Below the pieces are notes generated by a model. The model ran no database searches and was not told the origin of the DNA. It saw only the letters and a program-made list of their open reading frames with translations. From Patescibacteria group bacterium (lineage in GTDB: Bacteria > Patescibacteriota > Minisyncoccia > RBG-13-40-8-A), in assembly GCA_043807255.1 (NCBI GenBank), contig JAZDGD010000004.1, positions 14,057 to 78,056 on the forward strand: a stretch of 64,000 nucleotides of DNA. The letters are read 5' to 3'. The position numbers and the translations under genes were made by a program. The first letter of the stretch is position 1. Each line of letters begins with the position of its first letter. Shown one piece after another: positions 36,259-43,991 of this stretch.

Positions 36259-36954
36259 ATGAAGTTCAACATAATCACAATCTTTCCAGATATATTTCAA
36301 AGCTATTTTAACGAGAGCATTATTAAGCGTGCGCAGGAAACCCTAGTCCGACCGGACGGGTCTAGGAAGAAATTGGTGAATATTAAAATTCATAATTTAA
36401 GAGATTATACGGACGATAAAAGAAATACCGTTGATGACCATCCTTACGGTGGTGGGCCGGGAATGGTAATGATGGTGGAACCAATATTTAAAGCAATTAA
36501 AAAGTTGTCCCGCGTAGCGGGATCCCGCTCTGCGGGAAAGAATACCAAGATTATTCTCTTTTCCACTCGTGGGAAAAAGTTTGACCAGGCGATGGCGAAA
36601 AGATTTTCAAAATTAGATAATTTAATTATGATTTGTGGACGATACGAAGGAGTCGACGAAAGAGTGGCAAAGTATATTGCTGATGAAGAAGTTTCAATCG
36701 GGGACTATGTTTTAACTGGCGGAGAAATTCCGGCAATGATTGTCGTGGACGCGGTGAGTCGCCTGATTCCTGGCGTTTTAGGAAAACACGAATCACTCGA
36801 AGAAATTAAAGGTAGTTATCCTGTTTACACCCGCCCGCACAAATTTTCTCCAAAGAGAAAATTCAAGCGGGTAAATCCCGAAACCTGGAGGGTCCCAGAA
36901 GTTTTGTTGTCCGGCGATCACAAAAAAATAAACGAGTGGAGAAAGGGAAAATAA
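36259..36954 (+). CDS. trmD: tRNA (guanine37-N1)-methyltransferase (the ORF-track start at 36079 spans the hairpin cluster; [13 protein letters not shown] at 36259 is the likely start)
   Basis: [10 protein letters not shown], ...[12 protein letters not shown]..., C-terminal HKKINEWR; contains two GC-rich in-frame hairpin segments (36331-36357 and 36511-36545). Confidence 0.85.
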   Translation: MKFNIITIFPDIFQSYFNESIIKRAQETLVRPDGSRKKLVNIKIHNLRDYTDDKRNTVDDHPYGGGPGMVMMVEPIFKAIKKLSRVAGSRSAGKNTKIILFSTRGKKFDQAMAKRFSKLDNLIMICGRYEGVDERVAKYIADEEVSIGDYVLTGGEIPAMIVVDAVSRLIPGVLGKHESLEEIKGSYPVYTRPHKFSPKRKFKRVNPETWRVPEVLLSGDHKKINEWRKGK

Positions 36955-36956
36955 AT
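36916..36956 (+). repeat. junction repeat gatcacaaaaaaataaaYgagtggagRRgggaaaataaat (copy 1, the native trmD 3' end)
   Basis: further copies at 38407-38444 (3' end of ddl) and a partial one at 39645-39670. Confidence 0.8.
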
Positions 36957-36972
36957 GTTATAATACATATAT

Positions 36973-37359
36973 ATGGAATCCATAGAAAAAAGTAAGAGAA
37001 AAATACAGAAGAACGAAAATAATCCCGCTCCGTGTATTGAAAAAAAGTGTTCTGCTTGTTGCGATCCGGTAAAGGTAGACAGATTTTTTCAGGATGATGA
37101 AATACCCGTCGACGAAAATGGTAATAAAATTTGGAAGGAATGGCCAGAACTATTAATTCCAGAAGACGAAATCGATATAACAAAACTAAAATCTTACGAC
37201 TGTTTAAAATTAGATAAATCAACGGGAAAATGCCGAGATTACGAAAAAAGACCACCTATTTGTAAAAGATGTAGTTGTATTAAAAAAGATTCGAAAGAAA
37301 GCATTGACGAACAACACAAAAAATTAGCAAAGAAAAAATTTATAGTTATTAAAACATAA
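36973..37359 (+). CDS. Cys-rich hypothetical protein (C-x4-C-x2-CC, YkgJ/UPF0153-like putative Fe-S or Zn binding)
   Basis: CIEKKCSACCD plus additional C-terminal Cys. Confidence 0.4.
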   Translation: MESIEKSKRKIQKNENNPAPCIEKKCSACCDPVKVDRFFQDDEIPVDENGNKIWKEWPELLIPEDEIDITKLKSYDCLKLDKSTGKCRDYEKRPPICKRCSCIKKDSKESIDEQHKKLAKKKFIVIKT

Positions 37360-37360
37360 T

Positions 37361-38422
37361 ATGGAAAAAATAAATGTTGGAATTTTTTTCGGCGGGAAAT
37401 CAGTAGAGCATGAAATATCGCTTATTTCAGCGAAAAATATTATAAATGTCATTGATAAAAATAAATACAATATAATTCCTATTGGCATAAATAAAAATGG
37501 CGAATTTCTTTTTTACGACGGAGAAGGTTTTATTTTAAATGAAGATGATCCTAAAAAAGTACATCTAAATTCAAATGGCGTGCCTATAACTTTTTCTTTT
37601 GGGTCAAAACAAGAACTCGTTGGAGTTGCAGATAAAAATTTAAAAATAAAAATAGACGTTGCGTTCCCTGTTCTGCATGGCAGTTTTGGAGAAGACGGAA
37701 CAATCCAAGGTCTTTTCGAAATGGCAAGCATTCCCTATGTTGGCACTGGAGTTTTGGGGTCTTCAATCGGGATGAACAAAGACATCGCCAAAAGATTATT
37801 AGAAAATTCGGGAGTCAAAACAGCAAAATTTTTAGTTTTCGATGTATCGGAAAAAGAAAAAATTGATTTTTCTGACATTGTTTCTCGATTAAAATTGCCG
37901 TTTTTCATTAAACCAACCAACCTTGGTTCGTCAGTGGGCGTTCATAAAATAGAAAATGAAAAAGATTTTCATGAAAAAATAAATGAAGTTTTTAAATTGT
38001 GCGACAGAATTATGTGCGAAGAGATGATCATTGGCAGAGAAATTGAATGTTCGGTTTTGGGTGTTGAAAATCCAATTGCCTCTTTGTCGGGAGAAATTAT
38101 AGTAAGTCGAGGATTTTATTCTTATGAGGCAAAATATTTAGACGAAAATAATGCACAATTAAAAGCTCCAGCAGACTTATCTAAAGAAATAGTGCAAAAA
38201 GTTCAAGAAACAGCAATCAAGATTTTTAAATTATTAGAATGCAGAGGAATGGCACGGGTGGACGGATTTGTTAAAGAAAACGGAGATTATATTTTTAATG
38301 AAATTAATACCATCCCTGGTTTTACAAAGATTAGTATGTATCCCAAACTTTGGGAAATAAGCAAGATTCCCCAAACAGAATTAGTTGATAAACTGATTCA
38401 AATGGCGATCACAAAAAAATAA
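37361..38422 (+). CDS. ddl: D-alanine--D-alanine ligase
   Basis: ATP-grasp fold; GGKSVEHEISL near the N-terminus; ...EINTIPGFT... Confidence 0.9.
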   Translation: MEKINVGIFFGGKSVEHEISLISAKNIINVIDKNKYNIIPIGINKNGEFLFYDGEGFILNEDDPKKVHLNSNGVPITFSFGSKQELVGVADKNLKIKIDVAFPVLHGSFGEDGTIQGLFEMASIPYVGTGVLGSSIGMNKDIAKRLLENSGVKTAKFLVFDVSEKEKIDFSDIVSRLKLPFFIKPTNLGSSVGVHKIENEKDFHEKINEVFKLCDRIMCEEMIIGREIECSVLGVENPIASLSGEIIVSRGFYSYEAKYLDENNAQLKAPADLSKEIVQKVQETAIKIFKLLECRGMARVDGFVKENGDYIFNEINTIPGFTKISMYPKLWEISKIPQTELVDKLIQMAITKK

Positions 38423-38446
38423 ATGAGTGGAGGGGAAAATAAATTC

Positions 38447-39640
38447 ATGAATAGATTCGAAGAAATTCCACAACAGAAACCAGCGGAAGTAAACAAAAAA
38501 GAAAACGAAAATAAGGCAGATTTGAAATTGGAAAAATTAAAATCAGTTTGTGATGACCCAAAATTTCAAGAACTTTTACCAGAATACATAGAAAACGAAA
38601 AAGACAAAAAGTTGGAAGTAAACGAACCGTTGGTCCATGGCACAGGATCTTTTGCATTAAAAAGAATAATCGAACAAGGATTTGTTCCGCAAAGAGGCGG
38701 AGAATTATTGCATGGAGAAAAAGTTACTCACCACACTAATGCCGAAAAAGAAGAAGTTAATCCGATATCTCTTACAACCGAAGATGAAACTGGCGAAATG
38801 ATTGGCCATTGGTACGCTCTATTGGCAACAAAAGGATCACAACTTCAATTTAATTCCGATAAATTTCTAGATAAAAGATTGACTCGAATATTAAACGAAG
38901 TTTATGGAGGCACGGACACTGCTACGGAATTAAGGTTGAAGGGAGAAATTGATTTGTTAATTAAAACCAAGGAACCAAATTTAACTCAGGCCGTAGAGAT
39001 TTCTAAACAAGAATTAATTAAAGATTTCGAACAAAAATTAATCGATCGAAGCAGAGAGGGTGCAAATGTTTTTGATGTTGATTTTGTAAAAAATAAAATT
39101 GAAAAACTGAATCTATTGTTGGACCAAAAAATAAAAGACGCTGACCAAGTCGAAGAAATTTTAAGAGAAAATAATTTATTAGAAAGTTTTCGTCATTATT
39201 TTGCGCCGAGAGGGGAAAGGTTGCCAATATGTAAAACCAGAGAAATTACGCAAAGATTACTTGAAAATAGGCAAGAAGATTCTTGGGTTTACGATGAAAT
39301 TAGAAAAATAAGAGATATTTTACAGGGCAAGGTTGATAATTACAATAATCTTTCAGAACAAGAGCGCAAAGAAATCGATAATCAATTTCCTTGTTTTATA
39401 ACCATCGAAAGTGAAAAGCTTGAGTTAAAAGATAAGTCTGAGCGCATGCACGACAAAGTAAGAGAACTTGTAAGTGATAGCGTGATTGAAAAAGAAAGAA
39501 TAAAAGAAATTCAAGTTCCAAAATCAAAGATTGAAGAAGTGCAAAAATGGTTAAAAGAATTCAAATTAGAAAATGTTCGTATGATCCCTTTTGAGTATTA
39601 CGAAATGAGGCAAGTCATAGAACATTCTCCTGCTGAATAG
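38447..39640 (+). CDS. hypothetical acidic Lys/Glu-rich protein (about 398 aa from ATG 38447)
   Basis: strong SD gagtggaggggaaaataaattcATG; no recognisable motif. Confidence 0.45.
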   Translation: MNRFEEIPQQKPAEVNKKENENKADLKLEKLKSVCDDPKFQELLPEYIENEKDKKLEVNEPLVHGTGSFALKRIIEQGFVPQRGGELLHGEKVTHHTNAEKEEVNPISLTTEDETGEMIGHWYALLATKGSQLQFNSDKFLDKRLTRILNEVYGGTDTATELRLKGEIDLLIKTKEPNLTQAVEISKQELIKDFEQKLIDRSREGANVFDVDFVKNKIEKLNLLLDQKIKDADQVEEILRENNLLESFRHYFAPRGERLPICKTREITQRLLENRQEDSWVYDEIRKIRDILQGKVDNYNNLSEQERKEIDNQFPCFITIESEKLELKDKSERMHDKVRELVSDSVIEKERIKEIQVPKSKIEEVQKWLKEFKLENVRMIPFEYYEMRQVIEHSPAE

Positions 39641-39673
39641 CTATAATAAACGAGTGGAGGGGAAAATAGATTT

Positions 39674-40180
39674 ATGAAAATCAATACATTGATTTACGAT
39701 GTGACATATCCGTCAAATATTGGTGAGATTATACGTACATCGCATGTTCTCGGAGAAGGAACCAGCGATTTATATTTTTACGATCCAAGAAATATTTTAG
39801 ACAAAGAGAAAGATGAAATTGAAAATTTTTCTTGTAATATCGCAAGCCTGAAGGAATTTAAAATTTTGAATTCAGACATAAATGATTTTCTAAAAAAATA
39901 TAATGGCAGAAAAATAGCCACTCTAATATCTGACAAATCAACAAAATTAAAAGACTTTAATTTTGAAGAAAACGATTTGATATTATTTGGTAACGAAAGG
40001 ACTGGATTGCCCGATGAAATAATTGAACTTTGTGACGAGAAAATAATTATTCCGATGAAGGGATCTGTCTATAATAAAACAGATCATCATCTAGGAACGC
40101 CAATAAAGGGAATTGGAGAATATCCAACATTAAAAGTTTCAATTGCCCACGCTATCGTATTGTATGGGGCACTAGAATAA
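39674..40180 (+). CDS. SPOUT (SpoU/TrmH-like) RNA 2'-O-methyltransferase
   Basis: motif 1 NIGEIIRTSHVLG, motif 2 LFGNERTGL, motif 3 IIIPM...TLKVSIAHAIVLY. Confidence 0.65.
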   Translation: MKINTLIYDVTYPSNIGEIIRTSHVLGEGTSDLYFYDPRNILDKEKDEIENFSCNIASLKEFKILNSDINDFLKKYNGRKIATLISDKSTKLKDFNFEENDLILFGNERTGLPDEIIELCDEKIIIPMKGSVYNKTDHHLGTPIKGIGEYPTLKVSIAHAIVLYGALE

Positions 40181-40186
40181 AAACCC

Positions 40187-40214
40187 TTGACACCCGATTT
40201 AAATCGAGTATAAT
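40187..40214 (+). promoter_or_regulatory. rRNA promoter TTGACA-16-TATAAT
   Basis: cccttgacacccgatttaaatcgagtataatgg, about 270 nt upstream of the 16S. Confidence 0.55.
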
Positions 40215-40480
40215 GGATAGTACATAATCATTAATTAAATTTTTATGTAAAAGAGCGATAACAATAAGCGTACTTTAAAACAGAGTTTAGTTTTGGAACG
40301 TAGTTCAAAAATTGAGCTCTGTTTTTTAATCAGAAAAACATGTACACAATATTCTAATATGTTTTTATGTAATTTACAGTAGTTTGTGTGAGTTTGTTAG
40401 ATCAAATCGAATCTTTTATGGTTATCCTGATACAATCAGAAGTAGGCAGGCCGTTTCGGCCAATCTACTTCTGAATCTTT

Positions 40481-41940
40481 ATTGAGAGTTTGATCCTAGC
40501 TCAGGACGAACGCTGGCGGCGTGGATTAGGCATGCAAGTCGAATGGGTTTAGACCCATGGCGAACGAGTTAGTAAGACGTAGGTACATCCCTCTGACTCG
40601 GACATAACTTGCCGAAAGGCAAGATAATTTCCGATGGTCTCGAAAGAGTAAAGTCTTATCGCAAGATAAGATGGTGAGAGAGTGGCCTGCGCCCTATCAG
40701 CTAGTTGGTGAGGTAATGGCTCACCAAGGCTATGACGGGTAGGGGGCGTGAGAGCGTGTTCCCCAACGATGGCACTGAGATACGGGCCCTACTCCTACGG
40801 GAGGCTGCAGTCGAGAATCTTCCACAATGGACGAAAGTCTGATGGAGCGACGCCGCGTGAATGAAGAAGTCCTTCGGGATGTAAAGTTCTTTTCTAGAGG
40901 AGCAATTTTTGAGTGTACTCTAGGAATAAGGGGTTGCTAAACTCGTGCCAGCAGCAGCGGTAATACGAGTACCCCAAGCGTTGTCCGGAATTACTGGGCG
41001 TAAAGCGTCTGTAGGGTGTTTGATACGTCTTCTGTTAAATTTCGATGCTCAACATCGGAGCTGCAGGGGAAACGGTCAGACTAGAGAGTGTGAGAGGCTG
41101 ATGGAACTTAAGGAGTAGGGGTGAAATCCGTTGATACCTTAGGGAATACCAAAGGCGAAGGCATTTGGCTGGTGCATTTCTGACCCTGAGAGACGAAAGC
41201 GTGGGGAGCAAAAAGGATTAGATACCCTTGTAGTCCACGCCCTAAACTATGAATACTAGTTGTCTGAAGTATCGACCCTTCAGGTGACGAAGCTAACGCG
41301 TTAAGTATTCCGCCTGGGAAGTACGGTCGCAAGACTAAAACTCAAAGGAATAGACGGGAGCTTGCACAAGCGGTGGAGCGTCTGGTTTAATTCGACGGTA
41401 AGCGAAGAACCTTACCAGGGTTTGAAATTCTAGTGAAAACCTGATGAAAGTCGGGTCTTCTACAAGGACACTAGAACAGGTGCTGCATGGTTGTCGTCAG
41501 CTTGTGGCGTGAGTTGCTCCGTTAATTCGGGTAACAAGCGCAACCCCTGTCGTCTGTTATAAGTGTCAGACGAGACTGCCTCGTGATACGAGGAGGAAGG
41601 TAGGGATGACGCCAAATCAGCATGGCCCTTTGATACCCTGGGCAACACAGGCGCTACAATGGCCGAGACAATGGGTCGCCAAATCGTAAGATGGAGCCAA
41701 TCCCATCAAACTCGGTCCCAGTTCGGATTGGGGTCTGCAATTCGACCCCATGAAGTTGGAATCGCTAGTAATCGCAGATCAGCTACGCTGCGGTGAATAC
41801 GTTCTCAAGCTTTGTACTCACCGCCTGTCACACCAGAGAAGCCGGGAGTACCTGACGTGCCACGATTCGTGGTCCTAAGGTAAATTCGGTGACTAGGGTG
41901 AAGTCATAACAAGGCATCCGTAGGGGAACCTGTGGATGGA
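40481..41940 (+). rRNA. rrs: 16S rRNA (about 1460 nt); the gene ends ...GGGGAACCTGTGGATGGA and the canonical 3' tail GATCACCTCCTTA is not present
   Basis: AGAGTTTGATCCTAGCTCAG at the 5' end; universal blocks (GTGCCAGCAGCAGCGGTAATAC, GCATGGTTGTCGTCAGC, GTCATAACAAGG...); leader and trailer complementarity (TTATCCTG / CAGGATAA) brackets the mature gene. Confidence 0.9.
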
Positions 41941-42186
41941 CAATATTTTTACTTAGTTGATAAAATTTCTAGGTAAAGTCGATTATCTTGCATTGCAGGA
42001 TAAAGCAAAAAAGTTTTTTAATTGTTTGTACTAAACAAACAGTAAGTATCGGGAGAACCATAAAAGATTTGATAATAAAAAAACGAGATTTAATCTCGTT
42101 TTTTTATTATATGCTTGCGTTTATTATTATTTTAGCTGTATAATATAAATAGTATTTTGATAATAATTAATAGTGAATAAAATATT

Positions 42187-42372
42187 ATGGCGGATATAAT
42201 AACCGACAATCCTGTTGCTCAAATTGCTTATTGCGTTAAGTGTAGGGCAAAGCAAGAAATGAAAGACGCAAAAGAAGTTAGAATGAAAGGCAAGGGAGGT
42301 GAAAGGCGCGCCTTGAAAGGTGTTTGCCCAGTTTGTGGAACTGGAATGTTTAGAATTTTAGGTAAGGCATAA
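42187..42372 (+). CDS. small zinc-ribbon protein (61 aa, CxxC...CxxC)
   Basis: CVKCRAK...CPVCGTGM; lies in the 16S-tRNA spacer after the hairpin aaaaaaacgagatttaatctcgttttttt; no SD. Confidence 0.35.
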   Translation: MADIITDNPVAQIAYCVKCRAKQEMKDAKEVRMKGKGGERRALKGVCPVCGTGMFRILGKA

Positions 42373-42450
42373 TTTAGAATGAGGCCTATAACCCAATGAG
42401 ACAGAGTCTCATTTTGGGTTCGGCCCGACCCAAATTATTTTGGGTTTAGG

Positions 42451-42524
42451 GGGCGTATAGCTCAGTTGGCTAGAGCGCGTCACTGATAATGACGAGGTCC
42501 ATGGTTCGAGTCCATGTACGCCCA
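42451..42524 (+). tRNA. tRNA-Ile (anticodon GAU); CCA not encoded
   Basis: gggcgta...ctGATaa...ggttcgagtcc...tacgccca cloverleaf. Confidence 0.85.
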
Positions 42525-42532
42525 TTTTTATC

Positions 42533-42603
42533 GGGCCTGTAGCTTAGTGGTAGAGCTCCCGATTTGCATTCGGGGGACGGGAGTTCGATTCTCCCCAGGT
42601 CCA
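42533..42603 (+). tRNA. tRNA-Ala (anticodon UGC) with the G3:U70 identity pair; CCA not encoded
   Basis: gggcctg...ttTGCat...gagttcgattctc...caggtcca. Confidence 0.85.
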
Positions 42604-42626
42604 TTGTAATAATTAACAATAAAAAC

Positions 42627-42890
42627 ATGACACACGAATCAATAGAATTTTCAAAAGTTCCCGATTCTGAGAATGTTAGAAAATTTTTAGATCCATTTAA
42701 AATTGAAGAGGGTATGAAATCTGGCGCACTTAACGATGTAAAAATTAAACGATCTTCTGGAGAAATAGAAAGTGGGTGGGAAATTATTGATTTTGATTTT
42801 AAGTCTGGCGATGTTGTGGCGTGCAAAAAAGAAGGAGATGATTTGCTCCGCAAAAGAGTACAGCTACAAAATTTACGAGAGTGGAACTAA
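42627..42890 (+). CDS. hypothetical protein (88 aa); the ORF-track start at 42564 overlaps tRNA-Ala
   Basis: ATG 42627 lies downstream of the tRNA; no motif. Confidence 0.35.
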   Translation: MTHESIEFSKVPDSENVRKFLDPFKIEEGMKSGALNDVKIKRSSGEIESGWEIIDFDFKSGDVVACKKEGDDLLRKRVQLQNLREWN

Positions 42891-42936
42891 AATAGAATAT
42901 AAAAAAAGAGGCAAAGGCCTCTTTTTTTATGCTCAT

Positions 42937-43002
42937 AATCTTACGAGGTTTAACCTCGTAAGATTTCCTCTCCGATTTTATAAACATCTCCCGCGCTTTG
43001 GA
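42937..43002 (+). repeat. left 66-bp direct repeat, a degenerate duplicate of the murC 3' end plus the palindromic element (attL-like)
   Basis: aatcttacgaggtttaacctcgtaagatttcctctccgattttataaacatctcccgcgctttgga compared with 43926-43991 (about 8 mismatches); the reverse frame encodes QSAGDVYKIGEEILRG*, as does the murC C-terminus. Confidence 0.8.
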
Positions 43003-43003
43003 A

Positions 43004-43032
43004 AATATAAAAATCTGCATACGTTGACAGAT
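43004..43032 (+). promoter_or_regulatory. perfect consensus promoter TTGACA-17-TATAAT driving the inserted gene
   Basis: ttgacagattttttgtttaggcgtataat. Confidence 0.65.
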
Positions 43033-43196
43033 TTTTTGTTTAGGCGTATAATGTAATAAGATTAAATTGTTCTCTAAACAGATAAATAGATTCTACCTGC
43101 AAATATCCAATATGGCGAACCCACGCCTTTGGCGGGGCCACGCCGTATTGGTTCCGTGCCAGACATTTTTGTCTGAGCAAAGAGGAGGAACTGTCC

Positions 43197-43868
43197 ATGA
43201 AAAATCGTGGAACTGTCCGTCTCGCGACACCGGGTCAAATCAAGGATTTGATCTCGGCTCTGGCGCAGGCCATTCCCGCGAATCTGACCTTTACCCAGGC
43301 CAGTTACGGAATCGGCCACAAGAAAGAATTGGCGAAAAAAGTCGGAGAATTTTTCCGCAATTCTTTTATTGAAGCCGTGGAAGATGGGCGAGCGAGTCTT
43401 TTCCCGAGGTGGAAAACTATCGTCGTCGGCGCCTATCAGTCAACTGAAGTTTGGATTGAAGTTCTGTCTGGTGCCGGTTTCCGAATGGGCCTGGTAATCA
43501 GGGACCTCTTGAGTAAAACCAAGAAATTCCAAGACCGGTCCCTCGTAAGCTTTGCCAGGGCGACTGGAGCCGAACTGGGCTTTACGGAGTTGTTTGGGAC
43601 AACTGAACTTATCGCCCGAATCAGGGAGTTCGGTGGAGAACCCTGCAATTCAGATGATGCCCCGGCCCTACGCCAGGCTTATACCGAACAACCCGACGGA
43701 GAATGTCTTTATGTGGTTGTTGAGCCGATTTGCGGTTCGGACGGTCGTATCTGGATTTATGAATTGGTTAGCAGTATCGGCATGCTGTGTATTGACGGCA
43801 ACCATGCCGATCCTGGCATTTATTGGTCTCCCGACTATTCCTTCGTTTTTCGTATCTTCGGCAAGTAG
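43197..43868 (+). CDS. GC-rich (about 55%) hypothetical protein of 223 aa, the cargo of the cassette inserted at the murC 3' end
   Basis: strong SD aaagaggagga; compositional outlier (several overlapping open frames on both strands are typical of high GC); terminator gccccatacagattcgtctgtgtggggc plus T-run at 43876-43918. Confidence 0.6.
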   Translation: MKNRGTVRLATPGQIKDLISALAQAIPANLTFTQASYGIGHKKELAKKVGEFFRNSFIEAVEDGRASLFPRWKTIVVGAYQSTEVWIEVLSGAGFRMGLVIRDLLSKTKKFQDRSLVSFARATGAELGFTELFGTTELIARIREFGGEPCNSDDAPALRQAYTEQPDGECLYVVVEPICGSDGRIWIYELVSSIGMLCIDGNHADPGIYWSPDYSFVFRIFGK

Positions 43869-43925
43869 AATTTTTCGCCCCATACAGATTCGTCTGTGTG
43901 GGGCATCTTTATTTTTTTCATCATA

Positions 43926-43991
43926 AATCTTACGAGGTTTAGCCTCGTAAGATTTCTTCTCCGATTTTGTAAACATCTCCAGCGCCTTGGA
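43926..43991 (+). repeat. right 66-bp direct repeat (the functional murC 3' end; attR-like)
   Basis: see the left repeat. Confidence 0.8.

Noticed and set aside
43067-43976. Multiple overlapping ORFs on both strands within the GC-rich cassette (43067-43372 +, 43074-43319 -, 43436-43648 -, 43552-43926 +, 43668-43976 -)
   Set aside because: High GC suppresses stop codons in all frames. Only 43197-43868 has a consensus promoter, strong SD and terminator in the right places.
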